Source of the DNA: Clostridia bacterium
Lineage (GTDB): Bacteria; Bacillota; DSM-521; Neomoorellales; Neomoorellaceae
Length of the DNA: 64,000 nt
Direction of reading: 5' to 3'
NCBI GenBank assembly: GCA_030154265.1
Contig: JASKKH010000001.1
Span: forward strand, 14,443 to 78,442
Below, one piece after another: positions 49,123-57,430 of this stretch (positions are counted from its first letter, which is position 1; each line of letters starts with the position of its first letter). The notes beneath the pieces are model-generated. The model made no database searches. It had not been told where the DNA came from and saw only the letters and a list, made by a program, of their open reading frames with translations. The position numbers were made by a program, and so were the translations under genes.

Positions 49123-50018
49123 AATTTACGCCCCCTTAAAGCCAGGCCTATGGCCGTGGTAAGGTCAGGACTAACCTGATAATCTTGTATTCCAGGTCGA
49201 CCTGCCCCCGCTAATATACCAAGTTGTTCCTGACACTCAGCTATCAAACCTTCCATTTGCGCTATATCACCTGTAACAATTAAACGTTTCGGTTCAAAAC
49301 TTCTCTTTGACTGGGACCGTAAAAAAACTAAGGAACGTTGGATTTCCCTGGTTAACTCAAATGCCCCAGAAACAGGTGATTGAGTCAGTTCCTCTTTATT
49401 GATAGTTATTACGCGACTAAAAAGGGGTTGTCCATCTGCCACCAAAACTATATTGCCCCATTGACCACTGATATCCGTAATAATTACTTCACCACTAATA
49501 TCTTTTCTAAGAGCACGACAAAGAGCCAAAGGTACTAAATCAATAGCTGCTAAATCCAAGCCAGCTGACTTAAACAACTGATAAATTTGGTTAACCAGTT
49601 CTATAGGAGCTGCGGCCAGGATAATGGGCATTCTATTATCTGTCTGCTTCAAATTATTATCTAAAACTGCCCAATCAACTACCATATCCTGGACTCCAGT
49701 GGGTATATGGTTTTCTATTTCATAGGCCATACCTTCCTTTAACTCAGACTCAGACATACGAGGAAGGCTAAAATAGCGAACGATTACCATTTCACCAATA
49801 ACGGTAGTCACAGCCTGCCGACCCTTGTAGCCTAATTCTGATGCTACTTCAGCAATAGCTGCGACCATAGCATCAAAATCATCGAAACCTCCAGGCGGAG
49901 CTGGAACTCTAGCAGTCAATAATTCATTTCCCTGGTAAACAGCAGCCTTAATATTACCAGAGCCAATATCAATGCCTATCAAAGAGTTTCTAGGCGAAAA
50001 CAACCGGAGTAATTTCAT
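49119..50018 (-). CDS. pilM: Type IV pilus assembly ATPase-like protein PilM
   Basis: 299 aa with an actin-like fold (GIDIGSGNIKAA). Overlaps pilN. Confidence 0.85.
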   Translation of the reverse strand: MKLLRLFSPRNSLIGIDIGSGNIKAAVYQGNELLTARVPAPPGGFDDFDAMVAAIAEVASELGYKGRQAVTTVIGEMVIVRYFSLPRMSESELKEGMAYEIENHIPTGVQDMVVDWAVLDNNLKQTDNRMPIILAAAPIELVNQIYQLFKSAGLDLAAIDLVPLALCRALRKDISGEVIITDISGQWGNIVLVADGQPLFSRVITINKEELTQSPVSGAFELTREIQRSLVFLRSQSKRSFEPKRLIVTGDIAQMEGLIAECQEQLGILAGAGRPGIQDYQVSPDLTTAIGLALRGRKL

Positions 50019-50065
50019 ATTTCCTCCAAATCATATAAAATTAACTATAATAGTTAATCCAGTTA

Positions 50066-50387
50066 TAGCTTGTTGAATAATTATTTTAGGTGCTAAAGAA
50101 GGAAAAAACTATCGCGATCTGGTAATGGTAAAATCACAGCTAACACCAAGCCAGAAAGGATAGATTTACTTGATTTTAGCACTAAACATTACTCGTGAAA
50201 ACCCTCTATTTCAGTTATTTTCAAAAATCGATTTTCTTTTGCAAGGATTTAAGGAGAATTCTCCTAAGCCTACTCCTCGCCAAGGCAGACCCCAACTTTT
50301 TAGTGATGTACAAATTTAGAATTGACATTGATCAAGTACAAAATTAAGTAGTTTAACTTTACTGTGGGTTATTTATTCAACAAGCTA
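50066..50387. mobile_element. 322-bp MITE-like element bounded by perfect 15-bp inverted repeats
   Basis: tagcttgttgaataa (50066-50080) and its exact reverse complement ttattcaacaagcta (50373-50387). No ORF inside. The right IR supplies the stop codon of the transposase stub. Confidence 0.5.
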
Positions 50388-50447
50388 ATCACTTAAAAAA
50401 AGATAGAGCAAAAGTTCTTCATTTACGGTAATCTTATATTGAGCCAT
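50385..50447 (-). pseudogene. 20-codon N-terminal stub of an IS256/mutator-type transposase
   Basis: GAGGAGAATTGAA-ATG then MAQYKITVNEELLLYLFLSD*. This resembles the 'M.Q..ITLD.E.L..LF' start of mutator-family transposases and is cut off at the inverted repeat. Confidence 0.4.
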
Positions 50448-50770
50448 TTCAATTCTCCTCTCGTTAGTTTTTTTGCTAATTACTATTCTAACTGAGGAAT
50501 TTGTAAATGGCTCATTTTTTTAAGAAACTATTTTACACAATTATAAAAGCTTAACTTTAACATCGGCAGCCTAATTCAGTTGTCAAAGAGTTAAAAAAGA
50601 AAATTGACTATTAACAGGATTAGTATGCCCTTTTCTGAGAAAACACCAATCAATATCTAATGGCCTTTGTGCGTTAATGGGAAAATAAACCAAATTCATC
50701 CCTTTTACCATTAGCCGAACTTGTTGTCCTGTTCTAATTTTGGAATTATGCAAAACTCTCTATTAAGAAT

Positions 50771-52123
50771 TTAGTATATAGATGCATGATCCCATGATAG
50801 AATTTGTAGTCCTGTTTCATTAAATTTCGAGTACAATTCTTCAATTAAATCAGTTTTGTAGTTAATATCTAACTGACCTTTTATAAAACTTTTCCCTTTT
50901 TCATGCTTTAATTTGTTACTACTATCATCATTATCACCGTTTTCTTCAACCTCTGTTATTCCACCCGTTATTAAACAACCGTTTATGGTACTAGGCCCCC
51001 CTTGCTTATAAAAATAACCGTTATTCAATAGTAAGGCATCAACAGTAACATTACCATCTATACTTAAATCTCCACCTGCCACAAAAGCCCAGGCATCTTC
51101 TTCAGTAGCCGCTCTAATGTCATTCTCTATATCAATATCACCCGTTGCCGCAATAATAGCCTTACCTTGATAATTAAAAGTATCACTGGTATTACCCTTT
51201 CCGTTATGACCGTTGTTGTTATGACCGTTGTTGTTATGACCGTTGTTGTCCTCATCTTTTATAGTTAAATTTCCATTACAATAAAGTATTTTTATTTCAT
51301 CTGTAATGCCGTCCATTTTTTCTTGCAGTTCGGTTAGGGTATATTCACCAGGTTCAATTTGAAGCGAATAACTATTTGTGTAAGGTTCAACAAGGTTTGG
51401 TAAAACAGGAAATGGATAATTTATACCCTTGATCACCTGTCCATGAATAGTACCATAAATGTTAGGGTCATTTCCCCATTTATTTTGATAATGTCCTACA
51501 ATTGCATCTCCTTTAATGGTTCCATAATTATAAAGATTGCCCCAAGTAATAACACTACCATTAATATCAATTTTATGATGATGAATAGTTAAATCCCCAC
51601 CAGCAACTACATTAGTATATGGATCTTTCCAATTCCTTAACTCGACATCACCAGTTGCAAAAATATCACCATTAACTGTTACAGTATTCTTAATGACCAA
51701 GTCTCCATCAGTAACTAAGGCATAATCAGTAAATGGACGTGACAGTTCGACCTCAACGGCTCTCTTAATCCTATCCACTTCCGCTAGAGATCGTAAATGA
51801 TAGGTTGCTACCTGAGGTGTTAATTCAACACTTACGATTTTTCCTTTTGCCTGAGGTAAAAACGTTTCTCCGATATTAATCTGCTGACCTGGATTTTCAC
51901 GCAATTCAGCCAAGGCTAAATTTATACCTGCTTCAGCCAAATAAGTAGCTTGGGCTATTTTTACTTCATTGGCTGCAACACGCCTTTCCCCCATAGCCAG
52001 AGAAATTATCCCTGTACCTAATAATGAAAGTACTACAATTACCATTAATACAATCGGTAAGACACTCCCACTGTGTCTCCAATCTAAGTTGAAGGATAAG
52101 TTGTATCCTTTCTTTTTAACCAT
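50771..52123 (-). CDS. PilX-like pilus-associated protein with beta-helix-like repeats
   Basis: 450 aa with a PilX_N-like hydrophobic N-terminus (VLPIVLMVIVVLSLLGTGIISLAMGERRVAANE), repeated GD(L/V/I)xI segments, and an HNNNG repeat. Last gene of the minor-pilin block. Confidence 0.6.
   Translation of the reverse strand: MVKKKGYNLSFNLDWRHSGSVLPIVLMVIVVLSLLGTGIISLAMGERRVAANEVKIAQATYLAEAGINLALAELRENPGQQINIGETFLPQAKGKIVSVELTPQVATYHLRSLAEVDRIKRAVEVELSRPFTDYALVTDGDLVIKNTVTVNGDIFATGDVELRNWKDPYTNVVAGGDLTIHHHKIDINGSVITWGNLYNYGTIKGDAIVGHYQNKWGNDPNIYGTIHGQVIKGINYPFPVLPNLVEPYTNSYSLQIEPGEYTLTELQEKMDGITDEIKILYCNGNLTIKDEDNNGHNNNGHNNNGHNGKGNTSDTFNYQGKAIIAATGDIDIENDIRAATEEDAWAFVAGGDLSIDGNVTVDALLLNNGYFYKQGGPSTINGCLITGGITEVEENGDNDDSSNKLKHEKGKSFIKGQLDINYKTDLIEELYSKFNETGLQILSWDHASIY
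51201..51250. repeat. In-frame 15-bp tandem repeat (about 3 units) encoding (NNGHN)n
   Basis: cgttgttgttatgac at 51211-51225 and 51226-51240, with partial units on both sides. Confidence 0.9.
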
Positions 52124-52183
52124 AGTTCTGCCTCAACATCTTCTAACTCGAGTATTAGTTTCCTGAATTATAATATCCATCTA

Positions 52184-52693
52184 CTATTTCATTACTTTAA
52201 GCCTTAGAGCAACCGAAGTTGTAATCGAAAAATCTTGCTCTTCTTTTTCATCAGTAGTAACTATGTGAATAGTTACTACCTTGCTATTCTCTGGGTTATC
52301 TGGCTGGCTATAAGTAAACTTCAGGTCTTTAACCCCATAGGCAAGTAAATTGTAACCTCCAAAACTTAACGAACCTTTATTTTTAACCGCTTTTTGTAGA
52401 TTAGTGCCATCTAATTGATATTTGAATTGGTTACCAACCCCATCTTCCAAAATTAACACTTCTTCGTTAGATCCATTTACTATGGTCTTCGCGCAACTGA
52501 TTTCATTTACCATCCGTTCTAACGCAACTCGGGCATTCTGCTGAGCGTCAATGCTGTCCCAACTATGCTGCCACCATTTTAAACCATTGCCTAGAATGCT
52601 TAAAGCAGCAGTCATAACTATCGCCATTAGGCAGGCTGATAGTACTGCTTCTAATAAAGTAAAACCACCCTTTTGCCATTTCACGGTTCTCAC
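52184..52693 (-). CDS. Minor pilin (prepilin-type N-terminal cleavage/methylation domain), PilW-like
   Basis: 169 aa with leader MRTVKWQKGG followed by FTLLEAVLSACLMAIV. Confidence 0.75.
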   Translation of the reverse strand: MRTVKWQKGGFTLLEAVLSACLMAIVMTAALSILGNGLKWWQHSWDSIDAQQNARVALERMVNEISCAKTIVNGSNEEVLILEDGVGNQFKYQLDGTNLQKAVKNKGSLSFGGYNLLAYGVKDLKFTYSQPDNPENSKVVTIHIVTTDEKEEQDFSITTSVALRLKVMK

Positions 52694-53076
52694 GGCCAGT
52701 TGGCAACTAGTGTTGCCAATTTCACCTGCCCTGTTGGATTTTTAATCGGTCGTACCGTTACAATTACTTCTTTAATTTCCTTTAAAGAATCATAATCTAA
52801 AACCACAACTTTATATTCATAATCAGCATTAACTGGGCTAACTTGCCAATCAGGTATTTCAGTTAAGTTATCATAGCCGGCTGCCAAACATTTTTCTAAT
52901 CTATCCCTCGCCAGATTTAATGCTACTGTATCTTCCCTTCCCCTTGAATAAGCTTTTGCTCCTGTGGTGAACATTCCTAGCATCGGAGCTAAAGCAACTA
53001 TCAGTAAAACCGATGCCACTAGCACTTCAATAAGAGTCAAGCCCCTATCATTTATGTAATACTTAAACTGTTTCAT
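52690..53076 (-). CDS. Minor pilin, PilV-like
   Basis: 128 aa with leader ...NDRG followed by LTLIEVLVASVLLIVAL. Confidence 0.75.
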   Translation of the reverse strand: MKQFKYYINDRGLTLIEVLVASVLLIVALAPMLGMFTTGAKAYSRGREDTVALNLARDRLEKCLAAGYDNLTEIPDWQVSPVNADYEYKVVVLDYDSLKEIKEVIVTVRPIKNPTGQVKLATLVANWP

Positions 53077-53564
53077 GTGCTATCTCCTGCCTTAACCCGA
53101 CCAGTCACCGGTAAAACAGTTATATAGTAGCGTCTACCATAGCAATCTTTAAGTACAATATCCCCACTACCAGAAGGGACCCCTTTAAGATTGAAAGCAA
53201 GTTTATTATCAGAGAAAGCCACACTATCAAAGCTTATACCAACAGGTAATTTGGTCTCTTCAATAATAACCGCATCTTTCCTGATCCGATACAATTGATT
53301 TGTGGTATCAAAAAGTATTGTACGGTGATAATCCTCACCACTAATAGCCATTTGCTGGACTGAACGAATATCGTTTATAAGCTGCCAGGCAGCCGTTTGC
53401 ATACGCCACCAAGTTAAACTCTTTTTTACCATTGGAAAAGTTGCTGTTGCCAACAAACCGATTATAGTTATAACTAAAAGTAATTCAATTAAGGTAAAAC
53501 CTGAAGACTTTTTGTTTAGTACTTTTATATGTGCTGCTTTTACCTTAATTAGCCTTGCAATCAC
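53073..53564 (-). CDS. Minor pilin, FimT/GspH-like
   Basis: 163 aa with leader ...NKKSSG followed by FTLIELLLVITIIGLLA. Confidence 0.75.
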   Translation of the reverse strand: MIARLIKVKAAHIKVLNKKSSGFTLIELLLVITIIGLLATATFPMVKKSLTWWRMQTAAWQLINDIRSVQQMAISGEDYHRTILFDTTNQLYRIRKDAVIIEETKLPVGISFDSVAFSDNKLAFNLKGVPSGSGDIVLKDCYGRRYYITVLPVTGRVKAGDST

Positions 53565-54121
53565 TTTAATCCCTCGTTATGACAGTGTAGCAACTTTAAA
53601 TGAGAGAACCGCGGAAATAACAAAAACACCATTCCCAAGTATAATTCTAAAGGATTGGGGTTGATAAAGGTAGCATTAATCCGTCCAGCTTTAATAAATA
53701 GGTATTGTAAAATTCCAAAAGAGGCAACTAAAAAACCGGCAAGAATAAAAATAGTAAAGATTTTATCTATCTCTTTTTTACCAAAGGTAGTTCGAACCTG
53801 CCAGTATACTAATAAATATAAAACTGTCCGCATAATTTCGTTAACTGTGCTATTAACATCTACTGACCAAAAGAGACCAATTGACATCCAAACTAAAAAA
53901 AGTAGCCCCAGCCAAAAGGGACTATTTTTATCCGAAACTCCTTTATTGCGGCAACTAAGTAAAGCCAGGAAGCCTCCTAAAGCTCCCAATAAAAAGCCCA
54001 CCAACTGGATGTGTGTAGGATATCCATTAGATATTAATGGTGAAGCCCCAGCCAACAGCATCACTATTGGTAGAACCGGATGCTGCTTAGTTTCAAGTGG
54101 GATACACTTATTTCCCTGCAT
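53561..54121 (-). pseudogene. N-terminal fragment of an O-antigen ligase (Wzy_C/PilO-TfpO-like) membrane protein
   Basis: 186 aa. The TM pattern with LFWSVDVNST and ATFINPNPLELYLG matches the first third of O-antigen-ligase-family proteins. The catalytic loop region is absent and the ORF runs into the next gene (ATGA overlap). Confidence 0.45.
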
Positions 54122-54150
54122 ATTAAACTTCCTCTAAAACAAATACGAAA

Positions 54151-54897
54151 CTAGAAAAACAAATTTATATACCATTCAATAATTCCTTCGCCCCATAAAA
54201 CAGTAATAATAGTTCCTAAAGCCATGAATGGGCCAAAGGGAATTGCATCACGAAGACCTTTACGCCCTAAAGTCATTAATAAAAGTCCAAATAGGGCTCC
54301 TAATAAGGCCGATAAGAACAGTGCTAATAATACCTGCTTCCAGCCAAGAAAAAGTCCCAGAACAAAACCTAGCTTCACATCACCGCCACCCATACCACCA
54401 CGGCTGACAATAGCTAATAATAAGGGTAAGCCTCCACCCAAGAAACCCCCTATAAGTGCTGCCTGCCAGGAAATATCACCAAAGGGCAAGAATATTAAAC
54501 CTAATCCAATGCCAATTAAGATTAAAACATCAGGAATGGTGTATGTAATAAGATCGATACCGGACATAACTAGAAGCAGTGATACTAAATCAATATATTT
54601 AACTGTAACTAAATTAGGCCCATTTTGAAGATACAAAACAATATAAAGCCCTGCCGTTAAAACCTCTATACCAGGATACCACCAAGGCACTTTTGTGCCA
54701 CAGCTAGGACAACGACCCCGACACAAAATAAAGCCCAAAAGGGGGATAAGCTCCCCCACCCCAAGGCGCCGCCCACAGGCGTCGCAGTGGGATGGCGGGA
54801 AAACTATCGACTCCCCTCGTGATAAACGGGTAATACATAGGCCTAAAAAACTCCCTATAGTAAATCCCAATACAGCTATTAAAATTAAAGTTTCCAT
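54151..54897 (-). CDS. pilD: Prepilin peptidase (A24)
   Basis: 248 aa with Cys pairs CDACG...CPSCG, and catalytic Asp regions (GIDLITYTIPD, GMGGGDVKL). Confidence 0.9.
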   Translation of the reverse strand: METLILIAVLGFTIGSFLGLCITRLSRGESIVFPPSHCDACGRRLGVGELIPLLGFILCRGRCPSCGTKVPWWYPGIEVLTAGLYIVLYLQNGPNLVTVKYIDLVSLLLVMSGIDLITYTIPDVLILIGIGLGLIFLPFGDISWQAALIGGFLGGGLPLLLAIVSRGGMGGGDVKLGFVLGLFLGWKQVLLALFLSALLGALFGLLLMTLGRKGLRDAIPFGPFMALGTIITVLWGEGIIEWYINLFF

Positions 54898-54982
54898 TTT
54901 TAAAACTCTAAAGTATTATTATTACTCATTATTAGTAGGTGGACAGTAGACTGTTTCTCCATTATATTCGTACCACCTCCTA

Positions 54983-56185
54983 TTAACTTATACCACCAAA
55001 CACTGATAACATTGGAAGTAATATCGATATTACCACTAAGGCAACAACGCCACCTAAAGAAATAATTAATATGGGTTCAATAAGAGAGGATAATCGAGAC
55101 ACTGCCTCGTTTACTTCTCGTTCGTAAAAAACACTTATTTTGGTTAAAAGCTCATCCAAAGCTCCTGTTTCTTCCCCTACACTAATCATCTCTACTACCA
55201 TAGGTGGTAAAATACCACTTGCTTGTAAAGGTGTCGCTAAACTCTCACCATCTCTAACGCTCGTTTCCGCCATACCAATAGCTTCAGCAAGTACTACATT
55301 TCCAACAACCCGTCGGACTATCTCTAAAGCTGTTAACACCGGTACACCACTCTTAATTAGTGTCCCTAAAGTACGACAAAAACGAGCAACACCCATTTTA
55401 TGGATAAGAGACCCGAATATCGGCAATTTTAATAAAAATCTATCAAACCAATATCGTCCCTCTGGATTTTGGCGTAAGAACTTAAGCCCAAAAATGCCAC
55501 CAATAACAAACAATAAAATCAGTGGCCATAAGTATCGAAATAACTCACTTATAGCTAACACTGATCGTGTTAGCCATGGTAACGGAACGTTCATATCATT
55601 TAATATGGTTTCAAATGTTGGCAATACAAAAATCAACAAAAAGATAACTGCTAAAACAGCTACAACACTAACAAAAGCCGGATATGTCATGGCTGATTTA
55701 ACTTTTTCCTCAATTTCATGTTCCCGTTCCAAGTGTTCAGAAAGACGTTCCAGGTTATCATCAAGGGAACCCGCCAGTTCTCCAGCCTCAACAGTATGAA
55801 TAACCAGAGGTGGAAAAATTTTCGTTTCCTTTTCCAGAGCTCTGTAAAAAGACTCACCTGACTCTAAACTAATCAGAATTTTCCCAATACTGCCTCGTAG
55901 TAAATCCTTTTCTACTTGTTTATGCAGAACATGTAAAGCTGAAATAATCGGCAAGCCAGCTTGTAACATAGTTGCCAGTTGGCGACAAAAAACAGCCAAA
56001 TCATGCCTATTTACTGCTTGCTGAAAGAGCTGTCGCTTTCGAGATTGAGAGGTAACGGCCTTGCAAGAAGTAACAAAAATACCTTTTTGACGCAACTCCA
56101 TTACGGCCTCTTCCTGACTTGCTGCCTCAATTGTCCCGCCTACAACCTCCCCATTGGCATTCCGCCCCCGGTAGGCAAAATTCAT
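54983..56185 (-). CDS. pilC: Type IV pilus platform protein PilC
   Basis: GspF-family double-domain membrane protein. Start placed at MNFAYRGRN (ATG 56185, GGAGG Shine-Dalgarno). The longer ORF to 56356 would read through the riboswitch and terminator. Confidence 0.88.
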   Translation of the reverse strand: MNFAYRGRNANGEVVGGTIEAASQEEAVMELRQKGIFVTSCKAVTSQSRKRQLFQQAVNRHDLAVFCRQLATMLQAGLPIISALHVLHKQVEKDLLRGSIGKILISLESGESFYRALEKETKIFPPLVIHTVEAGELAGSLDDNLERLSEHLEREHEIEEKVKSAMTYPAFVSVVAVLAVIFLLIFVLPTFETILNDMNVPLPWLTRSVLAISELFRYLWPLILLFVIGGIFGLKFLRQNPEGRYWFDRFLLKLPIFGSLIHKMGVARFCRTLGTLIKSGVPVLTALEIVRRVVGNVVLAEAIGMAETSVRDGESLATPLQASGILPPMVVEMISVGEETGALDELLTKISVFYEREVNEAVSRLSSLIEPILIISLGGVVALVVISILLPMLSVFGGIS

Positions 56186-56202
56186 AAAGATCCTCCGAAC
56201 AT

Positions 56203-56335
56203 AAAAATCAAAAAGCCACCGATAGCAGTGGAAAATATGACATTCCCGGCAGCTCGGCGACCATGGAACTCGTCTACAGGCCCGTAGCTTTGCGTCCCTG
56301 ACTTTCGCCAGGTTTGCCCTAAACAGAAATGTTAA
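56203..56335 (-). promoter_or_regulatory. c-di-GMP-I (GEMM-I) riboswitch with intrinsic-terminator expression platform
   Basis: Minus strand reads AGGGCAAACCUGGCGAAAGUCAGGGACGCAAAGCUACGGGCCU..., matching the conserved GGCAAACC-stem-GAAA-stem-GGGACGCAAAGCC.CCGGGCCU core of GEMM-I (compare the Vibrio Vc2 aptamer). It is followed by CCACUG-CUAU-CGGUGG and CUUUUUGAUUUUU (56203-56232), 18 nt before the pilC ATG. Confidence 0.8.
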
Positions 56336-56340
56336 TAGAT

Positions 56341-56368
56341 AAATATTTACAATCAAATATTTACAATC
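56341..56368. repeat. Perfect 14-bp tandem duplication just upstream of the riboswitch
   Basis: aaatatttacaatc at 56341-56354 and 56355-56368. Confidence 0.9.
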
Positions 56369-56422
56369 ATATTCTGTTTTTTTAACATGAATCCTGCCAT
56401 TTTGTCTAAAATTTACTTATAG

Positions 56423-57430
56423 TTAACCTTTAGCAGTAATTAATCCTTTTTGTTCCAGTTTCTTTAAGGACATTTCCATGGTTTGCATACCAAAGCGACC
56501 GCCTGTTTGCATACTTGAGATTATCTGATGAGTTTTGCCCTCACGAATAAGGTTCCTAATTGCCGGAGTAGCAACTAAAACCTCTACCGCTGCAACCCGT
56601 CCTTTTCCATCTTTACGTTTTAATAACTGTTGGGTAATAACACCTTCCAAAGTATCAGCCAATTGTACCCGGATTTGAGATTGCTGGTGAGGTGGAAAGA
56701 CATCGATAATTCGGTCAATACTTTGTACGGCATTATTGGTATGTAATGTTGCCAAAATAAGATGGCCTGTTTCGGCTGCAGTTATAGCTGTAGCAATGGT
56801 TTCCAAGTCACGTAACTCACCCACCAAAATTACATCAGGGTCCTGACGTAAAGCTGCCCGTAAAGCATTCGCAAAGGAATGTGTATCTGTACCTACTTCC
56901 CTTTGATTAACGATACTATTACGGTGCTGATGTAAATATTCTATTGGATCCTCCAGGGTTATAATGTGACAGCTTCGCTCACGATTTATTTTATCTACTA
57001 TGGCTGCCAGAGTAGTTGACTTACCACTCCCCGTCGGCCCCGTAACTAATACCAATCCGTGTTGCTTTTCAGCTAGTTCAGACACTATCGGGGGTAGTCC
57101 TAACGTATCCAAACCGGGTATGCTTCTAGCAATAACACGAATAGCTGCACCAATACTTCCCCTTTGATAAAAAACATTAACCCGATATCGACTTATTCCC
57201 GGAAGGGAATAGGCCATGTCCAGTTCTCCTCGTTCTTGTAAGTCTCCCCACTTTTCTCCTACCATGGGACGCAATAGTTCTGTTGCTGTTTCCGGGGTTA
57301 ATGAATCCCATTGGTTTTGGATTTTAAGTTCTCCATGCACCCTAAATATCGGGGGTAATCCAACAGATAGATGTACATCAGAAGCCCCTGCATCAACAGC
57401 AGACTGAAGGATTATACCAATATCAACCAA
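56423..57430 (-). CDS. pilT: Twitching-motility retraction ATPase PilT
   Basis: 335 aa with ASDVHL, Walker A GPTGSGKSTT, Asp box, Walker B and His box (GHLILATLHTN). TTG start with a G6 Shine-Dalgarno. Confidence 0.9.
   Translation of the reverse strand: MVDIGIILQSAVDAGASDVHLSVGLPPIFRVHGELKIQNQWDSLTPETATELLRPMVGEKWGDLQERGELDMAYSLPGISRYRVNVFYQRGSIGAAIRVIARSIPGLDTLGLPPIVSELAEKQHGLVLVTGPTGSGKSTTLAAIVDKINRERSCHIITLEDPIEYLHQHRNSIVNQREVGTDTHSFANALRAALRQDPDVILVGELRDLETIATAITAAETGHLILATLHTNNAVQSIDRIIDVFPPHQQSQIRVQLADTLEGVITQQLLKRKDGKGRVAAVEVLVATPAIRNLIREGKTHQIISSMQTGGRFGMQTMEMSLKKLEQKGLITAKG

Noticed and set aside
53655-56287. Plus-strand ORFs antisense to the O-antigen-ligase remnant, pilD and pilC (53655-54137, 54224-54628, 54695-54949, 55140-55799, 55979-56287)
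   Set aside because: They are mirror images of hydrophobic membrane-protein genes and are Lys/Pro/Ser/Thr-rich. They have no Shine-Dalgarno or family signal, and the minus-strand genes are clearly real.
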